From the IMG/VR virus record IMGVR_UViG_3300008267_000006, positions 32,001 through 96,000 of that record: a DNA stretch of 64,000 bases; one strand, given 5' to 3'. Positions 8,954-18,759 of this stretch are shown here, one piece after another. Source of the DNA: a virus. Numbering within the stretch: the first letter of the stretch is position 1; every line of letters begins with the position of its first letter. A program made the translations under genes and the position numbers. The notes beneath the pieces are model-generated. The model ran no database searches. It was not told the origin of the DNA and saw nothing but the letters and a program-made list of their open reading frames with translations.

Positions 8954-9654
8954 TATTTTGTTCCTGTACTAGACGGCACATTTCCATTTCTAGTGTTAGC
9001 AGATGTTTGCGGAGTTGTATTTTGTGTATTTTGAGTAACCGGAGCAGCTGGCTCTCCTAATCCATAAGGAAAACCAGTGATCCCGTGTCTTTGTACTCGA
9101 TTACCATCTACTTTTTCTGCTTTCCAACCAAGTGGATGATCATGTATAACATTAAAATTAAAACTAACTTTAAATAATTTTGGATAAATATTTTCATCAT
9201 CAGCAAAAAAACCTTTTTCAATATCTGGCTTGTATGAGTATCCGTCTATCCAACCTAATAAAGAAGCTTGGTTTGTAATACTTTTTATTAAATTTTTAAA
9301 CTTAATTTTAAAAAGAGGAGGAGAGGAGATGACCGCTCCACCAGCAGCACCTGGGTGTTCTTGATACATCGGATATAATCCCCTTATCAAGGAACTTATA
9401 CTTGCTACATTTGATTTTGCAGATTCAAGGTTTCCAGCTGGAACATCAAAACCAAGACTTATTTTTCGAATTGTATTTTTATATGTATATACTGGGTCCA
9501 TTCTACCATAAATTTCTTGAGTATTCCAATTACTTTTATATTCATCAGAAAAATCTGTTATAAACGCACCAAAAATAATATTAGCACCAGAAGTTAATGA
9601 GGTAATTGTAATTATATTTTTTCCATAATCTTCACAAGTTTTGGTATCAGCCAT
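8953..9654 (-). CDS. Tail tube initiator / baseplate tube-like protein
   Basis: FSDEYKSNWN...YGRMDP...YKNTIRKISLGF, LYPMY, PPLFKIKF; directly after the tape measure gene. Confidence 0.7.
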   Translation of the reverse strand: MADTKTCEDYGKNIITITSLTSGANIIFGAFITDFSDEYKSNWNTQEIYGRMDPVYTYKNTIRKISLGFDVPAGNLESAKSNVASISSLIRGLYPMYQEHPGAAGGAVISSPPLFKIKFKNLIKSITNQASLLGWIDGYSYKPDIEKGFFADDENIYPKLFKVSFNFNVIHDHPLGWKAEKVDGNRVQRHGITGFPYGLGEPAAPVTQNTQNTTPQTSANTRNGNVPSSTGTK

Positions 9655-9655
9655 A

Positions 9656-12600
9656 TTACATCGCTCCCATCGTCATCTTTGCATCAACAAGTGTATCGCC
9701 TGTCTTTAATGCTCTAGCTAACTCATTTCCAGTTATAATTAGTTTAACTTTCTGTTCTGCCTTTGCTGCTTGTGAGCTTGTCATTGCTTGCCTTAATGCT
9801 GCAACAAGAGCATCTTTTTCTATATCTTTTGATCTTGATTGCGCTTCATAATAATCTTTAACAGCGACAACAAATTTCTTTGTTGGTTGTATATCCTCTT
9901 CAGTAAGTGACTTAACAGTTGTTAATGTTTCATTTAATGCTGTAAGTGTAACTGCTTTGTTTTCTGGTATTGAATTTATTGCTGCACCTAGAGCCGTTAT
10001 CGCAAGAACCATCATCGATATACCAGCAGCAATAGCAATAAATCCTAAACCTCCACCTAAAAGCCCAACAACACCCATTGTCATAAAAGAGAACATAAGA
10101 TCTGAAATACCCGTGGCTAATTCAGAAAAAATAGCTCCAGATCCTTTTAATTTACCTATGTTTTCTGCTATTAATTTAATACCCTCTCCTAGCATTTTTG
10201 CACCCATGCCGACAATACTAGTAGAAATAGCTATGGAAAGAAGAGGCCCAGAAACTAATCCAAAAAGAAATACATTTCTAGCTAATGTTATTAAATTTTT
10301 AGTAAAATTTGAAATACCACTTGACACTTCTTCACTGGCTAAAGAAGAGAATCCATCAGACATCGCAGTAATCTTTTCACCTAGACCAGTAAGTGAAATA
10401 TTTATTAAACCAAACGCAACGCCTAATCCAATAAGAGTTGGTATAGCAAAAGAAAATATAGTTAATGGATATACTAAAATTAGTAATGCTGCTGCTAATT
10501 TTAAAGCACCAGTTATTGTGTCTGAATTAGATAGTTTATTCAAACCATCTGCAACTAAACCTAGGGAATCTCCTATTATTTTTATAGAGGTTGATGCAAT
10601 AGCAGTTGCTATTCCTAGCATTATAAACGCTCCAGCAACAAGCAATAAACCAGGCCCGGCAAGAGCTAATAAGTATAACATAGGAGCTGCAATAAGTAAT
10701 GCAGAGGATAACATTAACAGACCTATTGATAATTTATAAATACCGTCTGAAGTCTCTTCAGATGCAAGAAGAGGCAGACCTTCAGATAGCAACTTAACCC
10801 CAGCTCCTGCAAGAGTCAACCCAGTGCCGAGTAATAAAAACGCTAAACCAACACCAATTAGAGGTATAGAAAATAAGCTAAGAGCAAACAATACAGGGGT
10901 TAATAAATATAAACCAGCAGCTAAAGAAGCAATACCAAGGAAAATTTTTGGATCAGTTAACGAAGTCATTGACTTAACAATCAATGAAAGGCCAAGACCA
11001 GCTAATGCAACTCCAGCACCTAAAAATAAAAATGCAATACCAAGAAATATTAATCCTGGTGAAAGAGGAGCAGTTGACGTAACTAGAAACCAAACAGCAG
11101 CCGCAAAGCCACCAAGAAGTAATATAACGACTGCAAGTGCAGCTGCCATTTGTGGCCCAGTTAAGTCCTTAAAAGAACCAACAAGTAATGCTAGACCGCC
11201 AGCAGCTACTCCAACACCAATTCCTATCATTAAAACAGCCTTTCCAAGTGCTTCAAGTCCTTCTTCGGCCTGTTCTGCTGCTTCTCCTATTGCTATTATA
11301 ATAAATGGTAACATTATTAACGCAAGATAGAGAATTGGTGAGTGTGGAACCATTAATACATCGTGCAACATCTGAAATGCACTAACTAACATCATTATGA
11401 TCGATATCCAGCCAAATATTCCAACACCAGCAAAAGCTGCTTTTAGTGAATTCATAACTCCTGTTGTCGTCATTGCTTTTAATGATAATGCAGATAAATC
11501 AATTCCGACCATCTTTAATGCACCAGAGAACAAAAAACTAGCCTTTGAACCAAAAGCTATAGCGCCAGCTAATAGCCAGATTGTTCCACCTAATCCACCA
11601 AACCAATCATTTATATTAGCAATAACAGTTGTAAAAAAAACAAAAAGTTCAACAAGTGGTTTTATAATAATCATTAATTGATTAAACATTTGCGATAATC
11701 GTTCAGTTACCTTTGCTGCTTCACGCTGAACTTTCTCCAACTCCTCTTGTTTTGCAGCTTGCTTTTCCATGTCAGCGGTCAAATCACCAGTTGAGTTACC
11801 AAATAATCTGCTTGCTTCATCTAAATCTTTAATACCAAGAGTTGCTGCGATTGCTTTTTTCTCGTATTTACCAAGAGAATCGAAATTTTTTCCAGACTCA
11901 TCAAAAGATTTTTTTAATAAAACAATTCTTTCGGACTCAGTTGCATTTAACATTTCTACTGAGTTGAGGTAGTTTCCTCCTAACACCGCATTCAACTTTC
12001 CAGCAGCCCTAGCAGAACCCTCAAATGTATCAAATTGATCACCAATTATAGCAGTTAATTGTTGCACTTGTAATCCAAGACTTTTTGCTTGCTTTTCTAA
12101 AGCAACAAATACATCTATACCTTGTTTACCATATGCAGATAATTTACCCATATTTTGAGCAAATTCTCCAACCATTTTTGAAGGTGCAATACCAGCGCCT
12201 ATAGCAGCTCTCGCAATTTCTTCATTTGTTCGTTTTGCCTCAGTCGCTGACATTCTTAAATTTTTAGTTAATAGGTCATAATTTTTTGCAGACGTAGCAG
12301 CAGATATACCTAAGTTTTCAAGTTTAGCAGTAGATTCTGCTAGGTCTTTTTGAATATCTTTATTTAGAGCAGAATATGCTGACATGTCTGTAAATAATGT
12401 AGCATTTGCTTTACTTAATTTCTCAAATCCTATACCATAATTTGAAAGACCAGCACCAAACATAAGTGAATTATTGGCAATTTGTCCAGTTGCCGCAGCG
12501 AATTCAGAGTTTGCATCAGCAATTTTTGCAAAAGATTGCGCTGCAAATACAACTGCTTCTGAAAATGCTACTTTCCATATACCGGCCATACCAGCACCAG

Positions 12601-13081
12601 CAGCAAATTGAGAAGTTAATTTTTGAGTAATATTGCTAAGTCCTAGAGAATTTGCAAGGGTTTCTGTTGCTTCTTTTGCTGTATCTTTTGATAGATTTTT
12701 AGCTTTTTGTAAATGCTCTAAATGTTGATCTTCAAGTTTTTTTCTATCTTTTAGATCTTTTAATTCTTGTTCCCTTTTTTTTCTTTCTTCTCCGGTTAGT
12801 TTTCCTTGTGCAATTAATAAGTCTCGTTCAGCAATTAAATTTTTTATCTGTGCGTCTGTAACATCCGCTGCTGTTTCGGCAGTTTTTAATCTTTTTTCTT
12901 CTAAGTCTGCAATTTGCTCACTCAATGCACGGCTTTGTTTAGCTGATTCTAAATTTTCTTTTGCAATGTTTGCTCGTCTTTGCAGTTTTTGTAAAGAATC
13001 ATCTTCTAAACTATTTAATAATTCGCGTTGTTTTATTTCTTGTTCTAAATTATCATTAGGTTTTTCTTTTTTATCGGCCAT
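9656..13081 (-). CDS. Tape measure protein
   Basis: 1141 aa: N-terminal coiled coil then long Ala/Gly/Leu hydrophobic repeats; follows the tail chaperone. Confidence 0.85.
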   Translation of the reverse strand: MADKKEKPNDNLEQEIKQRELLNSLEDDSLQKLQRRANIAKENLESAKQSRALSEQIADLEEKRLKTAETAADVTDAQIKNLIAERDLLIAQGKLTGEERKKREQELKDLKDRKKLEDQHLEHLQKAKNLSKDTAKEATETLANSLGLSNITQKLTSQFAAGAGMAGIWKVAFSEAVVFAAQSFAKIADANSEFAAATGQIANNSLMFGAGLSNYGIGFEKLSKANATLFTDMSAYSALNKDIQKDLAESTAKLENLGISAATSAKNYDLLTKNLRMSATEAKRTNEEIARAAIGAGIAPSKMVGEFAQNMGKLSAYGKQGIDVFVALEKQAKSLGLQVQQLTAIIGDQFDTFEGSARAAGKLNAVLGGNYLNSVEMLNATESERIVLLKKSFDESGKNFDSLGKYEKKAIAATLGIKDLDEASRLFGNSTGDLTADMEKQAAKQEELEKVQREAAKVTERLSQMFNQLMIIIKPLVELFVFFTTVIANINDWFGGLGGTIWLLAGAIAFGSKASFLFSGALKMVGIDLSALSLKAMTTTGVMNSLKAAFAGVGIFGWISIIMMLVSAFQMLHDVLMVPHSPILYLALIMLPFIIIAIGEAAEQAEEGLEALGKAVLMIGIGVGVAAGGLALLVGSFKDLTGPQMAAALAVVILLLGGFAAAVWFLVTSTAPLSPGLIFLGIAFLFLGAGVALAGLGLSLIVKSMTSLTDPKIFLGIASLAAGLYLLTPVLFALSLFSIPLIGVGLAFLLLGTGLTLAGAGVKLLSEGLPLLASEETSDGIYKLSIGLLMLSSALLIAAPMLYLLALAGPGLLLVAGAFIMLGIATAIASTSIKIIGDSLGLVADGLNKLSNSDTITGALKLAAALLILVYPLTIFSFAIPTLIGLGVAFGLINISLTGLGEKITAMSDGFSSLASEEVSSGISNFTKNLITLARNVFLFGLVSGPLLSIAISTSIVGMGAKMLGEGIKLIAENIGKLKGSGAIFSELATGISDLMFSFMTMGVVGLLGGGLGFIAIAAGISMMVLAITALGAAINSIPENKAVTLTALNETLTTVKSLTEEDIQPTKKFVVAVKDYYEAQSRSKDIEKDALVAALRQAMTSSQAAKAEQKVKLIITGNELARALKTGDTLVDAKMTMGAM

Positions 13082-13125
13082 CTATTTTTACCTATTTTTA
13101 CTATACAAATAATTAGATGAACAAT

Positions 13126-13154
13126 AAAAAAAGTGGGCCGTTTTAGCAGCCCAC
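13126..13154 (-). terminator. Intrinsic terminator after the tail chaperone
   Basis: gtgggc/gcccac stem with U7 tract. Confidence 0.6.
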
Positions 13155-13160
13155 CTTTGT

Positions 13161-13350
13161 TTATTTGCCTGATGCTTTTTTCATTGCATCACTTTCTTGC
13201 TTTAATTGATCTGTTAACTTCTCTATAAACCATTTTCTTAATTGAACTGGTAGATTGTAGCTTTCAAAAAGCGAGAACCCGCCATAATATTTTAGATAAA
13301 AGAATTGTTCATAGACGTTTTGCTGATAGGTATCACTTAAACCAAAAAAA
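13161..13350 (-). CDS. Frameshift extension of the tail assembly chaperone (GT/E'/gp51-like domain)
   Basis: YEQFFYLKYYGGFSLFESYNLPVQLRKWFIEKL; overlaps the upstream gene at a T7 run; the track's GTG start has no clear SD. Confidence 0.7.
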
Positions 13351-14190
13351 GTCCGCAGTAATCGGAACCTCCATTTCAGCTTCGGAGTCACATGAACTAC
13401 AAACGAAATTCTGTCTTAAATCTATTGATTTAACAGTTTGTTGATATTTTTTTCTAATATATCTAGAGTCTGCTGCTGGTAGCATGACCACCGCTTTTTC
13501 AATAGCTGTTCTGTCGACAACATCTTGAATTTTAACAATTGTTAGTTTTAATTGATCAATAAGAGTTGAATCATTAGTTGATTTTTTCTTCATTTCCGAG
13601 ATTCTTAAAAGAGTCTTCTCGTCGCTTCCAAATAGCGCTCTGCAATGTACTCTCCATTTAGTTACAGGCAGTAGAATTGAAAAAGTTCCATCAGATGAAA
13701 CTTGTGCAGCTTCATCGTTTTCTTCTTCATCAGCTTTTGGTAATTTTTCTATTAAGTTAAAAGAATATTTAGATTTAGTGGAGCATGAAGGACAGACAAC
13801 AGTTGTTGTATATTCTGGTCCATATCCGCTAATTCTTGCTTGAACAACAATTGCGTTTCTATCTTCACTAGTAAGAGTCTCAGCATTAATGCTTTTATCA
13901 ACAATAAGAGATTGAATTAACTTATCAAGAGCTACACCTTTTTTCAATAAACTTTTTGATGTAAGAATATCCTCCTCTTTTGCTGTCATTTGGCGTATTT
14001 CAATTACTTCTTTGCCATTTAATGGATGACCATCTGTATAAAATTTACCTTTTGATGGAAGTTCTACAAATTCTGTTGGGATAACAAAATTTAAATTTAA
14101 ACCTCCTCCCTGTTGTTCTAATACTTGTGGTGGTATACTTGAGTCGTGTAGTTCTTGTTCTGATCCTAATCTTTCTTCATTGTTCCTCAT
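13333..14190 (-). CDS. Baseplate hub / tail assembly chaperone, T4 gp26-like
   Basis: VELPSKG, MTAKEEDIL, ARISGYG, CPSC and CSSC pairs, C-terminal DFFW. Confidence 0.85.
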   Translation of the reverse strand: MRNNEERLGSEQELHDSSIPPQVLEQQGGGLNLNFVIPTEFVELPSKGKFYTDGHPLNGKEVIEIRQMTAKEEDILTSKSLLKKGVALDKLIQSLIVDKSINAETLTSEDRNAIVVQARISGYGPEYTTTVVCPSCSTKSKYSFNLIEKLPKADEEENDEAAQVSSDGTFSILLPVTKWRVHCRALFGSDEKTLLRISEMKKKSTNDSTLIDQLKLTIVKIQDVVDRTAIEKAVVMLPAADSRYIRKKYQQTVKSIDLRQNFVCSSCDSEAEMEVPITADFFWFK

Positions 14191-14201
14191 TTGTTACCTT
14201 T

Positions 14202-14768
14202 CTATATTGGAAATCCTGGTGATACATCTTTTGTTCTACTTGTCGATTCTTTTACCAACTCCGCCCAGTCATATTGAATAGTAAGCGATACATCAACAAA
14301 GCCTTCATTTTCATAACTTAAAGTTCCATAATTAACATTTGTAATCATTGGATTATTTACTTTCCAAGTTTCTAATGTTTGACCATTTTCATCTATTTGT
14401 TTTAAATCAAAGCTTTTTCCACAATCTTTTTGTATTTGTTGTAGTTTTCCATCTTTTGGTGGTTGATAGCCAAGTTGTAGAATATATTGATGAATTAAAT
14501 TTGGTAAATAATTACCCTTATCATCAGCAGCAGAAACAAATTTTATATCAATAGGTTTCCACTTTAAATTACCTGGAAATTTTATTGGCTGACCTAATAA
14601 CTTATATTCATTAACATCTATATCATAGCTTGGTTTTGAACATTCTTTAAGCGCATAAACAAAAGAATCGGCGTTTTGGACAGATGAACTTAAATAAGTT
14701 CCAAAATCAATAAACCATCTATTTTGTCTTAATGGTTCTTTTAATATTTTTTCTGTCCAAAACGCCAT
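14202..14768 (-). CDS. Tail tube protein 2 (gp19-like)
   Basis: EPLRQNRW, KPSY, PGNLKW, ETWKV, YGTLSY, LTIQYDWA. Confidence 0.85.
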   Translation of the reverse strand: MAFWTEKILKEPLRQNRWFIDFGTYLSSSVQNADSFVYALKECSKPSYDIDVNEYKLLGQPIKFPGNLKWKPIDIKFVSAADDKGNYLPNLIHQYILQLGYQPPKDGKLQQIQKDCGKSFDLKQIDENGQTLETWKVNNPMITNVNYGTLSYENEGFVDVSLTIQYDWAELVKESTSRTKDVSPGFPI

Positions 14769-14780
14769 TTAAAAGCCTTA

Positions 14781-15347
14781 TTATTTTTCAGGGAAACCTG
14801 GACTATCACCAGGTACTAGATCAATGGATTCATCAAAATCGTTCAATTTAGCCCAATCATATTTTAATGTACAAGTAATTTCAACTATTTCTTCACTACC
14901 ATAATCAAGAGCACCAAATTGAACTGATGTAAATAATGGTTTATAAATTTGCCATTTTTCTCTGGTATTGCCGTCTGGATCTATTTGAATAAGATCAATT
15001 GTACCTATTGCACTATTCATCTTATTTTTTCCAATGGTTGATTTATCAGTTTCAGTATTTTTGCCAGATGGAACTCCATAACCAGATTTGGTTAAAATAT
15101 CAAAAAGTATTTTTGAGCCATTTGGTTCTGCTACTGCTGCGAATGTAACGTTTATATCTTCCCACTCAAGACGACCTGGATAATTAAAATAATGATTTAT
15201 ATATTTATGTTGAATTGTAGATATTTTTGCTTTTGGCTTATCAGCTTTTTTTAATGCATATGATATTTTTCCTAAATCTGTAGAAAAATTCATATACCAT
15301 CTAAACTGCCTTAAAGGCTCTTCTGTTTGTACGCTCCAAAATGACAT
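14781..15347 (-). CDS. Tail tube protein 1 (gp19-like)
   Basis: EPLRQFRW, YPGRLEWEDI, EKWQI, FGALDY, LKYDWA; follows the sheath gene. Confidence 0.9.
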   Translation of the reverse strand: MSFWSVQTEEPLRQFRWYMNFSTDLGKISYALKKADKPKAKISTIQHKYINHYFNYPGRLEWEDINVTFAAVAEPNGSKILFDILTKSGYGVPSGKNTETDKSTIGKNKMNSAIGTIDLIQIDPDGNTREKWQIYKPLFTSVQFGALDYGSEEIVEITCTLKYDWAKLNDFDESIDLVPGDSPGFPEK

Positions 15348-15382
15348 TCTATTTTCTCCTATAATTACTTATAATATTTAGT

Positions 15383-18163
15383 TTAATCTTCAAAAGATGC
15401 ACCACTATTTGTGATAACAAAGTCTAGACCTATAAATTCTATTGCTCTAGTTGGCTTTAGTAGAATCTTAGCATAAACGATGTTACGATCAACAAGATCT
15501 GGTGTTGTAGTGGTTTTATCTAAAATTACTTTAAAATCATCTAATCCAAATCTTGATTTAACACTTGCAAGGAATGGATTAGCAAGATCTGTAAATCTTT
15601 TCCAAGTAATTTCAACATTTGGATCAAATAGAACAGTCGAAGCCATACGGCTGATTTCTTTCTTAACGTAGATCATTAGACGACGAACGTTAATTCTATC
15701 AAGAGCACTTGGTGTTGCTTGTAGAGTCTTTTGACCAAATACAACAATTCCTTCGCTTGGGAAAGTTGCAATTGGGTTTACGTTTGCTGCATAGAGTAGA
15801 TCTCTATCTTTTGATGTTAATCTAGTGGCGGTTTGAACAACTGGTAGACCAGCAGCACCGTCGCTTAATCCACCACGATTAAATCCAGCTGGAGCAAACC
15901 ATAATTCAGTCTTGGCTTGTGAGCTAGAGAAAGTACCTAAAGCAGCAATAGATGGTGGTAACCATACTAGAGCACCATTTGAAGCATCTCTTGCTTGAAC
16001 CCATGGGAAAAATGCACATCCGTAGCTTGTATTTAATGAACGAAGTTTTAGTTTATTTAATACATTGCTAATATTTGGTTTACGGACAGAGGCATCTTCT
16101 GTATTTGAAGCTTTTGCTTCTTCTGGTACATAATCACCAACTAGATCAACAATTGCTAGAGCATCTCCTCTTTGTTCACAAATATCTAACATAGTAGAAG
16201 TTAGTGATTCGTTTTCAATACTTGGAACAGCTAAAATATTCATTTCAAGTGATTCTGGATCTGATACTGATTGAAGCGCCACTTTAACACTGTTAAAAGC
16301 AACATTGTTAAATTCAGTTTTTCCATCTAATAAATTTTTGCTAAAAGGAGTTCTTACAGTAATATCAAGACCGTCAAAGCCACCTTCTAATGGAAGAGTA
16401 AACTTATTAAAGTTTGCTAATAGTATTGATCTACCATCAGATGAAGTTACGTTTGCAGCAGTTAAAGATTTACCAGCTGCTCTGTTTCCAGCGGCCCAAG
16501 TTGGAGTAACAGATTGAACAATTGATCCGCTTGAATATGAAGCAGAAACATCATCTAGAGAGAAGAAAACTGAAGCAGTGGTTGCAGTATTATATTTTGA
16601 TTCAACTCTTACTAAATCTAATATATCTTGATTAAATCTTTTTGTTTGAGAAACGTTTGTTTGTAGACCAAAATAGACTGATTGTAGATTTGAGCCATAA
16701 GAGTTTGCTGCTGAAGTTAGCATAGGTAATTGTGGATATGCAAAGCTAGCAGTATATACTTGATTACCAGTTATTGCAGTGCCGTTAACAAATGGTAAAG
16801 TTGCTGCTGGTATATTTCCGTTGGTTGCATTAACAGTTTGTGGAGCGTATCTGTTTGCAGTATAAAAACCAAATGGTAATAATGTTGCATCAGTAATACC
16901 TAAATCAACATCTTGATTCATTTTTACTCTGATGTATTTTGAATTATTTGGATTGTTTCCATATTCAATAAATTGCTTTTTTGTATAATCCCACTTTGAA
17001 TATTTGTCACCAATAATTTTTGCAATATAATTTGGTGAAGTTGGATCAAGAGTTAAGTTTGCAAAGACTTCAAGGTATTGTGGTGCTACATCCGAATCAT
17101 TCATTGCTCTAACTGCAACGGTAAAAGTTCCGTATCTAACGTTAACATTGTTTGATTCATTGATATCTTGAATAGAAATTTTAATATTTGAGTTAGTCCA
17201 AGAATTTTCTGTTAGTCCATAAAATTTAAATAATTTTTGTACTGGATATTCGCCATTTGTAGCAACGAAGGAGCCGGTATCTAAGTTGGTGTGTTGAGAA
17301 ACAACCCAGCCAGATTCTGCATCTTGGGCTTGTAGTTCAAAATTTGATAATGCACCCTGTGTTGAAGCTAGAGGAACAAGAACCGCAGCAAAATTAGTTC
17401 CATTTACGCTATTTTTATCTAGCCAAGTTTTAAATGTTGGTCCAAGGAAATATTTCTCTGTTCTATCAGAATAATTTGAATTTGATGTTAATACTGGGCT
17501 GGTATTTAAAACTGTGCGAATATATTTTTTGCTTCCATCGTCAAAATTAACAATTTTTGTTTTTCCATCTAATACAATTTTAAATTCTGGTGAAGTGCTA
17601 CCGGCAACGTTACGAACAAAAGCCCCAGTTGCAGCTGATCCTTCTGTGGATCCACTTAGTGGTTTTCCTATTAAACCAACAGTGCCGATTCCAGAATCAG
17701 TATATATAACAGCTGCAAGAGATGCGGTTGCACCACCGGCTGCTGTTGTATACACATCAGTTGAGCTTGCCGAGATTGGCATAACAAAAAGTCCGTATGC
17801 CTTATCTTTAGACCATCCTGGTGTTCCAGAAGAAGCATTTTCATTTAGATAACCAGCTAACTTTATAAAGGTTAGTGGACCAGAATTTTTTAAGTATGCT
17901 TGTGCAGCATAAGCACCATATGTTGGAGCGGTTGGCATACCACTTCTCCAAACATCTCCATTAACAATACCAGGTGATGGTTGTCCAAAGATTTGAACGA
18001 ATTCTTCATAATCTCGTACTTTTACAGCTCTCATGGATGGACCACGAACTGATGTACCAACAACAACTGGTCCAATTCCTTCTGGTTGTTTGCGTACTCC
18101 TGATTCGTCTACTTCATTGGTGAAAACACCGGGACTTACAAACTTAAATTTATCAACTGACAT
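15383..18163 (-). CDS. Contractile tail sheath protein (gp18-like)
   Basis: FVSPGVF...E.D N-terminus; WFAPAGFNRG, RDLLYAANVNPI, FGQKTLQ, ALDRINVRRL, PTRAIEFI. Confidence 0.97.
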   Translation of the reverse strand: MSVDKFKFVSPGVFTNEVDESGVRKQPEGIGPVVVGTSVRGPSMRAVKVRDYEEFVQIFGQPSPGIVNGDVWRSGMPTAPTYGAYAAQAYLKNSGPLTFIKLAGYLNENASSGTPGWSKDKAYGLFVMPISASSTDVYTTAAGGATASLAAVIYTDSGIGTVGLIGKPLSGSTEGSAATGAFVRNVAGSTSPEFKIVLDGKTKIVNFDDGSKKYIRTVLNTSPVLTSNSNYSDRTEKYFLGPTFKTWLDKNSVNGTNFAAVLVPLASTQGALSNFELQAQDAESGWVVSQHTNLDTGSFVATNGEYPVQKLFKFYGLTENSWTNSNIKISIQDINESNNVNVRYGTFTVAVRAMNDSDVAPQYLEVFANLTLDPTSPNYIAKIIGDKYSKWDYTKKQFIEYGNNPNNSKYIRVKMNQDVDLGITDATLLPFGFYTANRYAPQTVNATNGNIPAATLPFVNGTAITGNQVYTASFAYPQLPMLTSAANSYGSNLQSVYFGLQTNVSQTKRFNQDILDLVRVESKYNTATTASVFFSLDDVSASYSSGSIVQSVTPTWAAGNRAAGKSLTAANVTSSDGRSILLANFNKFTLPLEGGFDGLDITVRTPFSKNLLDGKTEFNNVAFNSVKVALQSVSDPESLEMNILAVPSIENESLTSTMLDICEQRGDALAIVDLVGDYVPEEAKASNTEDASVRKPNISNVLNKLKLRSLNTSYGCAFFPWVQARDASNGALVWLPPSIAALGTFSSSQAKTELWFAPAGFNRGGLSDGAAGLPVVQTATRLTSKDRDLLYAANVNPIATFPSEGIVVFGQKTLQATPSALDRINVRRLMIYVKKEISRMASTVLFDPNVEITWKRFTDLANPFLASVKSRFGLDDFKVILDKTTTTPDLVDRNIVYAKILLKPTRAIEFIGLDFVITNSGASFED

Positions 18164-18204
18164 TATTATGTCTCCTTAATTTCATGGGAATTACTTTTAT
18201 TTAT

Positions 18205-18214
18205 TATAAATAGT
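18205..18214 (-). promoter_or_regulatory. Putative late promoter ACTATTTATA upstream of the sheath gene
   Basis: Recurrent intergenic motif upstream of structural genes. Confidence 0.6.
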
Positions 18215-18237
18215 AGACTAGTGCTACAAAGTTCTTT

Positions 18238-18759
18238 TTACTTTGAATTAAATACACTTTCTCTTGCTTTAATACATTTGGCTAAAATTTCAAATTTATG
18301 ATCTATTTGCCCAAATAATCTTTTTGATTCATTTAAGGATACTATTTCATAAAACGTATCACCATACAAAACATAATCACCCTCTCTTACATATAATTCT
18401 TGATCTTCGATTAATCTACGTCTATGAAATTTAACAACTATAGAGGTTAAACGATCTATTCCATATGCTTCTGCTGTTGTTTTGCTTCCTTCCCATTCAA
18501 TAAGAGCATTTATTTTTATTGGGGAAAGAAATGTTTTTTTAACTGCCTCTCCATATATTGGATGATAATTTGTATGTTCTCTGCTAATTGGATAATATAT
18601 AACAGTTTGTCCAATCACTCTTTCTATTAATTCATCATTTACTTGCTTAACAAGATTTCTCTCCTTTTCTCCAAGAAAAAGAGGAGGTGGAGGTGATTCT
18701 TGTGGAATCTCTGCTATATTTTCTGTTTTCTTTTTTCTTGCCATAATATTATCCAACAA
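18238..18759 (-). CDS. Head closure / neck protein (gp14-like); likely start MARKK
   Basis: ELIERVIGQTVIYY, IYGEA, REGDYVLYGDTFYEI; position between neck and sheath genes. Confidence 0.75.
   Translation of the reverse strand: MLDNIMARKKKTENIAEIPQESPPPPLFLGEKERNLVKQVNDELIERVIGQTVIYYPISREHTNYHPIYGEAVKKTFLSPIKINALIEWEGSKTTAEAYGIDRLTSIVVKFHRRRLIEDQELYVREGDYVLYGDTFYEIVSLNESKRLFGQIDHKFEILAKCIKARESVFNSK

Noticed and set aside
9957-11972. Long plus-strand ORFs (260, 168, 94 and 67 aa) opposite the tape measure gene
   Set aside because: Antisense shadows of a hydrophobic repetitive gene; no SD or recognisable motifs
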